Source: Tubiluchus corallicola
Lineage: Eukaryota; Animalia; Priapulida
DNA: 64,000 nt
Assembly (NCBI GenBank): GCA_030141605.1
Contig: JAQGDQ010002368.1
Span: 310,001 to 374,000, forward strand
Direction: 5' to 3'
The translations under genes were made by a program, and so were the position numbers. The notes beneath the pieces were generated by a model that saw nothing but the letters and a program-made list of their open reading frames with translations, had not been told where the DNA came from and searched no databases. Positions 47,976-59,760 of this stretch are shown here, piece after piece. Numbering within the stretch: the stretch's first letter is position 1; each line of letters starts with the position of its first letter.

Positions 47976-48950
47976 TCAGTGAAATGAGTGCGTAATGTAA
48001 GCTAAAATTAGCAAATTGGGAAGCACTGAAATTTTTTTGAAGGCAAAAATATAGTGTTCAGCTGACAGACTACCAAGATCTGCTGATATGTGGTGAGACA
48101 GAGACCATTTGCTCATTTAGAATCTATTTGCTATTGTCCAGTATTGCACGTTCATGAGAATCTATACTATTTAAGAGCAATTTATAATGGTCACGACACT
48201 TGTTTTCCAACTGCTTTGTCTATTTTCGTTTACAGCAAAACTTTCGCATTAAACTGTTTTTTCACATTTCTCCAACTTGTTTGCTTTGATACTTTCTTGC
48301 TCAGGTAACGACATTACGGTAAAACTTGTTTAAAACTAGACCTTTGATAGGCTATTGGTCCTTGCCTGGGTTTCCTGTTACGCAGTTTATGTGCACCCAT
48401 AAATAAAATATGTCCATTAAAAGACGATGTTTATCAGCACGAAGTCTACTAATTGCTTTAGATGAGAACACATTTGACAATGAGGAATTGCTTTTTCGGG
48501 TGCAGTTTTTAAAGCGCAAACAATGTCATCGGAGAGCCTATTTAGAGCAACGGATGTATGATCACCAACAGTAATAAACATTATTGCAAAAAATAACATC
48601 AAGAGGCATATGAACTATAGAGAGATAAAAATCGCTTAATCTTTTGCAATCATAAAGGCCACTGGGGTTGCCACTACATCACATAAAACGTCATTACCTA
48701 CAGAGCAAGCTTCCATCAGTTCTGCACCAAAATTTTATTGTACTGGGTCGCATAATAGTGACATTCATATGGAAGATACGCGTTGCACACTAATATGTCC
48801 ATTAACTTGCCAGCTATATGAATAAGTGCAAAAATATTGGAATCGTTATCGTAAACGAAATCTCGAGGGGAAAATCTTTTCTCCTGATAAAAGCGAGTGA
48901 TCGACGTATTGCTACTCAAGCATGGTCACCAACTACGCCATTCAAATCTG
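47976..48950 (-). mobile_element. Old L2/CR1-group LINE ORF2 relic (5' part), interrupted by the hAT-like element
   Basis: Degenerate NAYLPYEC, IVCALKTA, PRQGPI, DHYKLLLN, LSAEHY motifs; continues at 43544 on the other side. Confidence 0.65.
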
Positions 48951-49706
48951 TCCCCTTTCTGGTTTAGTAATCAAGTTATGAAAATTTTGTTACCACAGCC
49001 CTTTATAGATTTTGAAGCATAACCGACCTTTGATTTTTATCCACTTACGCAGTGTTATCAGCTTTCCCATAAAAATCTGTTTTCCTTCTTGTACTATGTG
49101 TATAAGTTCCCAAAATTTGGTTACCGAATTTAAAAATTGAAAACTTTTAACCGGAAATGTTTAAAAGCTGACTTGAAAAGTTAGCAAATATTTCGTTTAA
49201 TTGTGCGTGGAATAATTAGCTTATATTAGTTTCCAGCAAAAGTAAAAGGGTTGCAAATTTAAGCGTCTATCTGTTAGTGTTAAAACGCGATATTTTCGCT
49301 GTTTTAAATGTTGTTATAACATAGTGGAAAATTAATTCAATTTATGTGGCATAGCCACACAAAAATACATAATATTTTAATGGTTTCTTTAAAGCCAGTG
49401 TAAAATTTAAAAAAACGAATGTTTGTCAGTAGTTGAGAATTCAGTCGTGATGGGTTAAACCGAAACTAAAATGTTAAGCCTATCTTACGAGCTTAAACGC
49501 ATCAGGTTTCTGAGCTGAAATCGTCTCCTCACGGTTTTCCTGTGTTCGTAACAGATTTCGAAATGGCTATATCATCAGAAATCGTCGAATTAAATCGCCT
49601 CTCGCGTGACGAGGCAATCCAACCTCCAGGACCTTTAACTTCTGTTTAAATATTGCTATTACCTACTCGCTAGAACAAAGTAAATCGTTGTTAGAAGACA
49701 GGTGGA

Positions 49707-49712
49707 TATAAA
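49707..49712 (+). promoter_or_regulatory. TATA box of orphan gene A
   Basis: TATAAA ~30 nt upstream of an initiator-like CAAGTT and ~100 nt upstream of the ATG. Confidence 0.5.
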
Positions 49713-49812
49713 CATGAAGGTCCCAAGGTTGTGGTGCACAAGTTGCTGGGTTATAGGACTGGAGCGGAAAACAGAAAAATAGCAAGTCAGGGTAAATCGT
49801 GATAACTGTAGA

Positions 49813-52800
49813 ATGATGAGGACAGCAGCTGCTGCGCTTTTGTTTCTGCTACTGAAAGTAAGTATTCCTACCTAAATTTATATTTTGCAAATAAAATCTA
49901 AGGATTCGTCTGATAAGCGAATTACTTTGCTACAAGACATGCATTGTAAAATGCAAGGATTTTATGTTTATAATTTAAAATAAAATTGATATGTTCTACT
50001 GTTTGCTATTTATTATATTTTTCTATTATTATTAGAATTTTCACAGCCAGTATGAAGAGAAAACAGTGTAACTTTGCTATTTTCAGTTGTTGCGTTAGTT
50101 TTAATGTTACGTAAGGTTGATATGCTTCTATGCCTACACAATAGCGTAGCTAGATCTTATCGTCCCCGGGTGGCACTTAAAATTTGACACAAGTGAAAAT
50201 GTTTATGCAAAAAAATTTAGATTTGTAATGTTTAGTAGTATTGCCTCGCATATGCGATAATTTATAGAGATAAAATAATAAAGAATTACCAAAAAAAATC
50301 AAAAAATTGGTTTAGGAAGAAATCCCCGTACATTTCAAAACTAAAAGTTACGACAAGCAATGGCTTCTTCACATGGTAACTCAGCAAAGACTGTTATTGA
50401 AGACTACTTTGGTGCGACTTCCAAGACATCGCTGTGTTTACCTAAGAGTTTTAGACATCTTAGCAGTTGAGCAAATGAAAGTTTATTGTTGTCAAAATAT
50501 TTTAAAGATAAAATTGAGATTAGTTTTCGTAAATTATCCGCAAGTATAATTCTACGAAATGAAGATATTTCTGACGGAGATATGCAAAAACTCGCAAACT
50601 AGGTTGGCGAGCCAAGAACTTACTGACTTACAATCATTATTAGATAAATAGAACATATTGTAATGACATCAGTGTTACATCAACCAAGCGCCTTTTTCAG
50701 TTGAATGAAATTGATCAAAATGCCGCTCTCTGAAAAGTGCTGCCCGGACTTTTTAGCTACGTCATTGTATACCCACGCTTCTCTCGTTCATTTATTTATA
50801 CAGCTAACATGGAGTTATCCCACACTAGTAATGCGAGAAATTGCTCGTCCACTTCGAATTCCAAACCAAGACAATTCGGAATACTACCGCGACGTAGAAT
50901 TAGGAGAAGCAAGGAACCCTGAAGAAAGTTTGCGAGTTTTTCATCATAATGATTACTACGACATTCCAGGCCAACGCACATATGGTTCCGAAATCAGCAA
51001 GGTTGATTATGACAATGACAAAGACGAAGTAACATATGATACCGTTGTTAGTAAGGTATTGAATTGAACTGGGTTAAATTAGACTGTATTTGTCTATTCG
51101 GCCAATCAGACATTTATCACTAGCTGCTACAATTATTTGCCATAGATGAAATCAAGATAGAAATATTGTTGCGGAAATTCTTAAAATGAATTTTCTTTCG
51201 ATATAAAAACCGCGTATACGTATTGTTTTATAATCTGCATTTGTGTGTTGCAGATAATAATAATAATAATAAGACTCACAATAATAATAATTTGTTATAT
51301 TTCTTAGCCGCATCTATTAGTCCTTTAGCATTTTGTTATTAAGTTACAATTTAGTAGTTCAATCTGTTGTTTTTATAATATACTGATATCACAACTATTT
51401 TTAAAAAAAGCAAAACGTGTTACTTGGAAATTCTCGATTAGTTTGCTAATTTTGGTTTGTGCAAGTCAGAGTCCATTTGCGCACTATCTTGACGTAACGA
51501 GAAGAACTCGTCACCAAACAGTCTTACTGTGCCCTTACTTTAATTACTTTGGCTTGTGCTGGAATAACATGCATCGTGAGGTAAATTTTTTTTTGATTTT
51601 GCACATCTGCGTCAAAGAATGTTGCTTCTTAAGGATTTTGTCATGGTAATTTCAAGGTACAAGAAAAGACTACAGACAATGGTTCACCAAAAAAAGGGAA
51701 TATTTATGCAACAATTAAAAGATCACTGTGCACAAAAATTGCATGTTTCAGTATTTTTCTATATAAGGGTCATTCACTGGTACCTAAGGCATTCATCCTA
51801 AATCTCTAATTCTTAAACACCTAAAATTACTGTTTCGTAACTAGAGAAACAGTACTTTCTGTAGTGATGATATCACACATGTGCACAGTTACACACCGTA
51901 TGTTTCTTTTTTTGTTGTATTATTGCAGTATGTTGGCTAGAGCAACAAATTCTAAATTCTATAATCTAAGTAAATCATATTGGTACGTGTGTGAGTGCTG
52001 ACGTGAAAGTGCTACTACTACTTGGCCGTCACTTGCTACCGTAATTATATAATTCGGTAAATTACACATACTGGGCATATATTCTACATGTAGATATATC
52101 ATTAATTATGACAGTGCAGTGTCCCACATTAGCCTTGACTCAGAGGATAATTTTAGATTTTAGAACACAGACAACCGAATATCAATGACAGCTTTTAATT
52201 AATAGTAACGGACGGTAACGTCTCTTTAAATACAATTATCGATATACCTGAATACGATTTCTGTTGTTGTGATTACGTCAAACAGTCCTGTTTGGAACCT
52301 CATTGTTTGATGGGTTTGGCGTAGCAAATTTAAGAGCAAAACAAATCGAAAAATTGTTTGTGTCATTGAAGTGGCAGGCCCTTTATTTAATTATTTCATG
52401 CTCTTAATAATGACAATAGAATATGATAAATTTATATATTCATTTCGTTTTTCTTATCCAGTTTCGCTCAGATGAGCAAGACGGCGACAGTGTAAAGCAT
52501 TACAACCGGAAGGTCGATTTTAGTGATACTAGAAACGATTATTTAGTTACTTTTGAAGAAAGTGGAAAGGAGAGAAAACTGAATAACGACACTACCGGCA
52601 AGTAAGTGGCCTGTCATGCGTGGTGACAGCTTTCTTCTTTGTGCTCTCTATTCTATTGGGTGCTCGCATTCATCTACTGATGTGGCTAGGTTAAAAACTG
52701 CTATTCCCTTGCCAGATCATATACATATAATGGGTAGTCTCAGGTGACTTTTATCGTTCACTAATTAGTATTTACTAATCAAAAAATGATAAACTTATTG

Positions 52801-55504
52801 TTGGATCTATGTACCAATAAAAGTTTAGATTATCAATACCTGAAAAAACCTGGCCATACGTGATATCAGTATTCCACCGCATTTAGCTAATTTTTATTTA
52901 ATTGATAAAAATAAATTTATTGGCCAAGTTTAACAGGCAAAGTACCTTGTTGCATTGTCACGCTACCAGCACTGTCATATCGTGATCATGTAACTATTGT
53001 TTGCAGCTACTTCAGTCACCTTGAAGCAAACCTTGAAGACGAGACACACGGTGGCGATAGAAGTTACAGTTACACCGTTCCTAAAGAGTACGACGTCAGA
53101 GGGGAAGAAGACGATCAATTTAGACTGCCAGACAGGGCGCTATTTATCGATAGAGGTGGATTAAATTTCACAATTTATATTTCAATAGGTTCAGAAGTGT
53201 GTAATTTTGCACTATACCAAGCAGCATGTATGCAGATCATGTTAATACTTGTGGTTTCCTGGGTAAAGGGCAATGTGCATAAACAACTGCTGCTAGAACC
53301 GTGTTCTACAATTATGACAGTTTGGGCCAGTAATTTGAAGCCAAAGCAATTGTCTTGACTTACACGATTTTGTTTGCCTTGCCTTATATGACATTAGTAT
53401 GTAAGATAAGGCAAGGCAAGGCATGGTAAGCTAACGTAAGATTAGGTAAGGTAAGGTAGGGTAAGGTGAGGAAAAGTAAGGTAAAGTAAGAAAGATGAGG
53501 TAAGGTAAGGTAAGGCAAAAGACGAATTCTATAAACATCTACAACGTTCGTTATTGTTGTATTTCTTTTATTGTCTTTATTGCAGAAAAATTTTCTGATA
53601 ACAAAAATGATGACGGCGATAACAACCCCATTTCAGAACAAGACCCGCCAGTTCTTCTGGAACAGTATTACGTCATCATGAAACTAGGAGATGCTCCAGT
53701 AGATTATAATGCAACGTCAATTGATGTAGAAAACCAAGACTCATTTGACGAACAACAAAGAGGACATGCGGCTGAAAGTTTTGCAGGACACGCAAGAATG
53801 ATCACAGATGAATTAAATCTAGAAGACACTTCTCGTGGTATTAGGTATAAATTTATTCCACATGAGGGAGATCCAACGTTTTCATTTATTCCATCGAGTA
53901 TTGCGAAATTGGCAAACAAAAACTTCAATCCAGCTATATCTCAAGAAACGTCATCAAGTTTCTTTATACCTATGCGTGAGACTGGACAACCTTTTGAATA
54001 TATTCAACCACAGGCTGAAGATGGCGGAACAGATCAGTATAGTAAACTAGATGGAAGCCATTTTTTCAAAACTCTCGGAGTTCCGAGCCCAGACCACTTT
54101 CTGGTGCAGCCAAATGATGAGAGATTCAGTATCAGAAGTGAGGTGAAACTACCTTTTAGTACAGGGTTCGAAATAATACCAAATTCTAAAGTTGAGAATG
54201 TAAATAAGTTCGAAGTCATTCCAAACGAATCCTCTGCACAAAGCACCTTCCCTGATAATGAGCAGACAGATGAAAACGAAAATAAAGTGAACTTTAGCCC
54301 AAGCATAAAAAGTGAAGAAGATTCTCCACTCAGACCCGGATTTCACTTGTTACTCACTGGTCACATTAATGGCGCTTCTAGCGATACATCAGATGATGCG
54401 ACCGCAGACAACATTGACGATCGCTATTTATCTTTTGAAGGTGAGTTAGCTCACCTCGGTAATGAGGATGATGCAGACACAATTGCTCCCGTTTTCATGT
54501 ACGTTAGTGCCTACCCTTTACACAATGCCAAAGCAGAGATAATAAATGAAGAGCTTACAGAGTATGATGGTGAGCAACCTGATAAGGCTGCCAGAGCTGT
54601 TTATGTTGTTATGGTTCCCATGACTGGAGATACATTACTAAACTACTCTGAACAAGATCATAACGCTAGGTATTCAGAAGGGTTGGAAATAATTCGCCAA
54701 CCTGCTCTAATTGATGACATTCGTGAGACTGGATTTTACAATTTGGACTCTGATGAGAACGCTGCAGTCGTACCTTCTGAGGATCTCTCGAGATCCATTG
54801 CGTTTTCTGGCGATTCTATAGACGATACAACTGTTGACAATGTTGGTTCTTCTGACTCTCCTCATGGATATTATCTAAGGTAAGACACAGCGCACACACA
54901 ACAAAATGTCTTCAAACATCAAAAATCACATTCAAGCAACATTTGAAGCACGCTAGTACAAGCTAGAGATCTGACGATTATAGAAGTGGAAACTTATTTG
55001 TACCCGGCTTTACTTTAGCTAGGAGTTATCAGACACCAACGGCAGCTTTAGGTGGAATGTGCGTTTTTTGTTCACTCAGTCATTATCGCAACAAATATTA
55101 GCATTAAAAATACTCCCTTTCTGTCTGAAAAATAGATATTTAGGGAAACGTTACTGGAGGACTTTAATAAAAGATACCGACAATGATGTGAGTGAAGCAA
55201 CTCTGAAAAATTTATACAAGCAATGTACTTTTTTCTTATTGCTTTTCTTTTCATTAAATACAAGATGAAAAACAAAGCCAGGAAGTCTTTGCTTTCTGAT
55301 TGTAGCTATGTAGACAGGACTTAAGACGAAAGCGTTGTTAAATTTTTTATTCGTTGTTTCAGGGAGGAAAATTATGATGGCTATGTTGATGATGAGAACA
55401 ATTTCTACTCTTCTACTGATGATATACCTAACAATACGCCTGTGGCGCAATTTCAATATAATCGGCAGGGAGTGTTTGTCAGGCTTCCTACTAATGTTGA
55501 ATAA
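49813..55504 (+). CDS. Orphan secreted acidic protein A, 6 exons, ~673 aa: join(49813..49857,50804..51055,52462..52601,53007..53155,53586..54879,55363..55504)
   Basis: Signal peptide MMRTAAAALLFLLLK|LTWS; all GT-AG phases compatible (2022 nt); includes 401-aa ORF 53678..54883; N-terminal part homologous to gene B; AATAAA at 55543..55548. Confidence 0.8.
50804..51055 (+). CDS. Orphan gene A exon 2
   Basis: LTWSYPTLVMRE...FHHNDYYDIPGQ; aligns with gene B exon 2. Confidence 0.8.
52462..52601 (+). CDS. Orphan gene A exon 3
   Basis: FRSDEQDGDSVKHYNRKVDF...; tccAG, GTAAGT. Confidence 0.78.
53007..53155 (+). CDS. Orphan gene A exon 4
   Basis: YFSHLEANL...EEDDQFRLPDRALFIDR; same phase-2 CAG|CTAC acceptor as gene B exon 3. 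Confidence 0.75.
53401..53516 (+). repeat. (GTAAG)n-like pentanucleotide array in gene A intron 4
   Basis: ggtaaggtaaggtagggtaaggtgagg...gtaaggtaaggtaagg. Confidence 0.85.
53586..54879 (+). CDS. Orphan gene A exon 5 (long acidic Cys-free extension)
   Basis: 1294-nt open exon, ttgcAG acceptor, AG|GTAAGA donor. Confidence 0.88.
55363..55504 (+). CDS. Orphan gene A terminal exon 6
   Basis: EENYDGYVDDENNFYSSTDD...NVE*; tttcAG acceptor, phase 2 fits, AATAAA 39 nt downstream. Confidence 0.72.
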
Positions 55505-56069
55505 TATGAACATTATTATAAAATTAATTATGAAATTTTAAAAATAAATCATGTTATATATGATTTTGTATCAATTCGCAGACATGTCGAGCTGCACTGC
55601 AAAACGAGCTTCTAGACTGATGTTAGACTGACGAAAAATGTTAAATTACTTTTCACAATAATATTAATTTTTATTGTAACTGACATACGTCTTACATAAA
55701 CCAAGCAAAAATCAAGAAATAAATTTGCTTTAAACAATAACCTAAAGAACTCAATGTCCTTCTATTCTATGTTTACCAGTTTGATGACATTGTGTTTTGA
55801 ACAAATAAACTAATATGCTGACTAAAAACCGTTGTCTTGTTGCAATTCACTTTTTTATATTTTGTCTTTATTATCTGATCTGCTGTCTCTTATCTTTTTG
55901 TTATTGTCTTTGCCAGGACTACCTTGCCTTGCTAACGTCGTCCTTATTATTTTGACTTTTCTATCTAATGATTTTTCTAATTTACGATTTTTTTATTTTC
56001 GCTATCATTTTTCTTTTACTTTTTAGCACTGCAAAAATCTACTTGAGAAATGCATATCCACTGACAGCC

Positions 56070-57785
56070 TAATGGAGATCACTTGTTTGTCACTCTTAAG
56101 TTTTTTAATTGGAGGCGTTTGTAGAGGCGTCCCCAAAAGAAACTTTGATCTACCTTACTGGAGGATCTTTAGTCCTTACTGAATAAAGATCAATGGCTCT
56201 TGAATAATAAATTTAATCATGGAGATAACGTATTTGTAATTCTTAAGTTTTTGAATTAGAGCTGTTTGTAAAGGGCGCCCCTAAAAGTACCCCCAAATCA
56301 ATGTAAATAACATTTTGAGCTCATCAATGGCTCCTAAATAATGAATTTTGTAAAGGAAATCAGTCATAAGCTTTTTAAATTGGAGAAAGCCATTTGTGGA
56401 AGGCACTCCTAAAAAATTCCACCCCATTAATCAATTTAAATCACATTTTAGCATATCAATGAAACTTTGCGAAAACATTTTTTACTTCTTATGAATAAAG
56501 ATCAGTGGCTCTTAAATAACGAATTTGATCATGAAAATCACTCATCAGTTATTCTTAAGTTTTTAAATCAGAGCCGTTTGTAAAGGGCGCCCCTAAAAGT
56601 ACCCCCCAATTCAATGTAAATTACATTTTGAGCTCATCAATGAAACTTTGCAAAAATGTTCTTCACTCCTTACTGAATAAACATCAATGGCGCATAAACA
56701 ATAAACATTACATATATGTATTTATAATTAATTCGTAAGTCTTCAAATTATGCTTTTTTGTAGAGGGCGCCCCTAAAAAGTCTCAATATCAATTTAAATC
56801 AGTCTTTCAGAATATCTGTCAAATTTTGCAAAAGTTTTCTTTGCACCTTACTGTGTAAAAAGGACATCCAGATGGTCAACTTTTCAATTTATCCAGATTG
56901 CGGGCGTTTACAAAATTCACAATCAACAGCAATTAGAGAACTGATGGTACTGTCATCGTTGCTAATACACAGAGAGCTTTTCAAAACCTACTCGACTGCT
57001 TTTCGCTTTGACAGCAAAAGAATTTGATATCACTGTTGATTCTAAGCAAACAGTTAACAATGTGTCACTCAGACTCACCTACTCAAAGTATTTTCCAGGT
57101 TAATGTAGTAGATATACCCATTGTTGATAATTTCTGCTATCTTGACAATACTATAATATCATCTCTATCTGTGGGACTAAGTGCCAGATACGGAAATTCT
57201 TGAAAAGTTAAACATGGGTGATTTATTCATACAGCTGCACAGGAGGCAACTGGAAAAATCTTGTAGTCTATGAATAATCGTAACTATATATTTAAAAATG
57301 TCATCTGTTACGGTACATTTAGGTTAAAAAATTTTTATTTACTTTAAGGGCATCAAATTCATTATTAGAACTACTAATCTTTATCCAATAAGGTGTAAAG
57401 AACACATTTTCCTAAAGTTTCATTGATTGCCTCAGAATATGATTTAAATTGATTTTTGGGTATCTTAATTAAGGGCAATACTTAACCTTTAAAAAATGCA
57501 CCAATTTGAAAATAAATTATAAATTTAGCCTTCACTGGTTGTCTGAAGTGTCGTATAAATTTATATGGGAGCTATTTTAGGGGCGCCCCTCAAAATGTTA
57601 TTTAAATGGAATTAAAGGTACTTTGGGGACGCCGTTTACAGACGGCTCCAATTTCAAAAGCTAAGAGTGACAAATTACGTGATGTCCATGACAAAAAATT
57701 ATGAAAGAGAGGCTGATTTTTATTCAGCATGGTGTAAAGAACATTATTGTGAAGTTTACTAATGTTCTGAAAGCGTGATTTCAGC
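56070..57785. repeat. ~180-bp tandem repeat array with inverted copies (foldback-like)
   Basis: GGGCGCCCCTAAAA at ~56273, ~56585, ~56766; inverted at ~57577; 56086..56140 is the near reverse complement of 57620..57675. Confidence 0.75.
56866..57200 (+). mobile_element. Degenerate RTE-clade RT fragment between the repeat arms
   Basis: DGQLFNLSRLRAFTK, AIREL, AKEFDITV, VDNFCYL. Confidence 0.55.
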
Positions 57786-58162
57786 TATCACCAATAGACT
57801 ATCAATGGATTCCAGTACTCAAATGGTTTGTACGCGAGATGTAATATAAACCTGCGTCAGGTCCCGCAGATACGCTTTTCCTTGTGATTATATTGTTTAG
57901 TATATGCAGCTGTAATCTGCATATTTTTGAAAGTTATCATTACACTTGACGTATTGTTCAGCAGAAGAAAAAGCTTTTCCTCACCGAAAATAAATTTTCG
58001 CCCGTGTTTTCTCGTGCCCGTTTCCTAGCATTTGTTACAATTAAACACGATTGATAACGAGTTCTTGAATTGCTATAAACCTATAAAACTATTCAAGACA
58101 AATTTAATGACTTGCATGTTTCTCTAGCTTCGTTTTTGTAATGCCACCATACAAACTATTTA

Positions 58163-58881
58163 TGGGGTGTCTCAAAGATCACTATGCACTTTGGTTTCTA
58201 ATCTTCTTTTTAATTTTTCTCCAATCTCAGCAAGTCCTTACATGTATCAAAAAGGTCCTTTGACAATTATTTTATTTATCTTTGACAAGAACCGCCGTTG
58301 CTGTTTGACGACAGTAACCTTAGAAAGTAAAGCGCAAAATCTCATCCGCCAAGAGCTCCTTCGATGACCATCTGAAGTTTAGTGGTAATTCAAGTAGCAT
58401 ATGGACCAGTATTTTTTTCATTATTAGCAATGTAATTTTTCAGCAGCCCTTATTCGCTACTCATGGGGTGGGAGAGGCTTTCTCAATGTAAGGTACCGAC
58501 ACTGGCTCCGTCTCCGAGGCTCTTTCGACTCATTACAGATTTGATGGATTTAACAATGCAAAATTTTTACAGGGCTACAACAGGCAAAAATAACGCATCT
58601 TCGTGAACCCGAAACAACAATTAGAAGTCATAGTACAAACATTTGAATGGTAGTACTTGCTGATGTTCGAAACTCATGTGTTAGTCATCGGCAGAAATGC
58701 TTTGACGAAAGTAGCGAAAATGGCAAACGCAATTAGTGTAGTAGTCCGTTTCGGATTCACGTCTAATTCAATTGAAAGAATTGGCAAAAAGTTTATCTGT
58801 GCCTATTTTCAAACATTTTTTTGTTGAAAGAATAGAGAAAAGAAAATATAAAGCGTCTGATAACTTCTTCTGAACACCCTG
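58163..58881. mobile_element. Possible Tc1/mariner-type non-autonomous relic
   Basis: TA-TGGGGTGTCTCAAA ... TTCTGAACACCCTG imperfect termini. Confidence 0.35.
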
Positions 58882-59299
58882 TTTTGTAAATGTATGAAAT
58901 GTTAATGACCATTATCGTACTAGTATTATTATACAATTTCTTGTTAAGCATTTGTTGCAAATTGTTAAACTAAGATTGAATAATGCGTTTATAAAGTCCT
59001 ACCATTTTTCGCACCCACTGCTGGTACCGTCCGAGATTCTACAAGCCGAATCCAACACTAGGATAAGGCCTTTAAAGAATTTCTGAAAAGTCATGCTTAT
59101 TTAAATGTTCATTTTAATTTCCAAAATGCCATAATTATGAATGTTACAGTAAAACTCATATGCTATTACTGCAAAAAAGAGAACTATTTAGTGTTTTGTG
59201 GACGTCAAATATTATAATCCCAACGTCATATAAACATTCAAGAAATTGAGTTGTAGGAGATCGTTTTGATAAAAGCCATGTTGCTCTTTTAACAATAAA

Positions 59300-59760
59300 T
59301 CTTTTGTTTTTTTAAAGGTGTAGCGCACTATCAACAATATACATGTCCATTAATTTACGGCTTATACACGTGAGTGATACTTGCCTGTATTATACTGGCC
59401 AATCTCCCTTTGTGTAAATAGGTATATCTTCAGCCAGTTTCCAAACATCAAGTATTACGCCATCTATAAATGACTTTTGAAATATAAGTAACAATGGAAC
59501 ACATACATTATTCGCCATGTTTTTTAATGCCACCGGTATGCCGTCCGGATTCAGTTTTTTCTTTACATCAGTTCACTGGTTTCAGTTCACTTATCATTTT
59601 TAATTGCAGCTGACAAGAAATCAACAACTGTCAACTATGCATGCACCGGCACCTTACTTTCCACAATAGCACTCCTTTATCCTTAACAAAATGGGATTCA
59701 AAGCATTTGTCAAAAGATTGGGTTTAGGCTTAGCTTTAGCCATCTGTAATAACAGAGCCG
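59300..59760 (-). mobile_element. Degenerate CR1/L2-group LINE RT fragment
   Basis: PDGIPVALKNMANNVCVPLLLIFQKSFIDGVILDVWKLAEDIPIYTKGD; boundaries approximate. Confidence 0.6.

Noticed and set aside
49671-49703. TAGAACAAAGT...AGACAGG shared with gene B leader (61167..61192)
   Set aside because: Different position relative to TATA/ATG in the two genes; short enough to be chance.
56070-56860. CRISPR-like array
   Set aside because: Eukaryotic context; whole ~180-bp units are repeated with no unique spacers.
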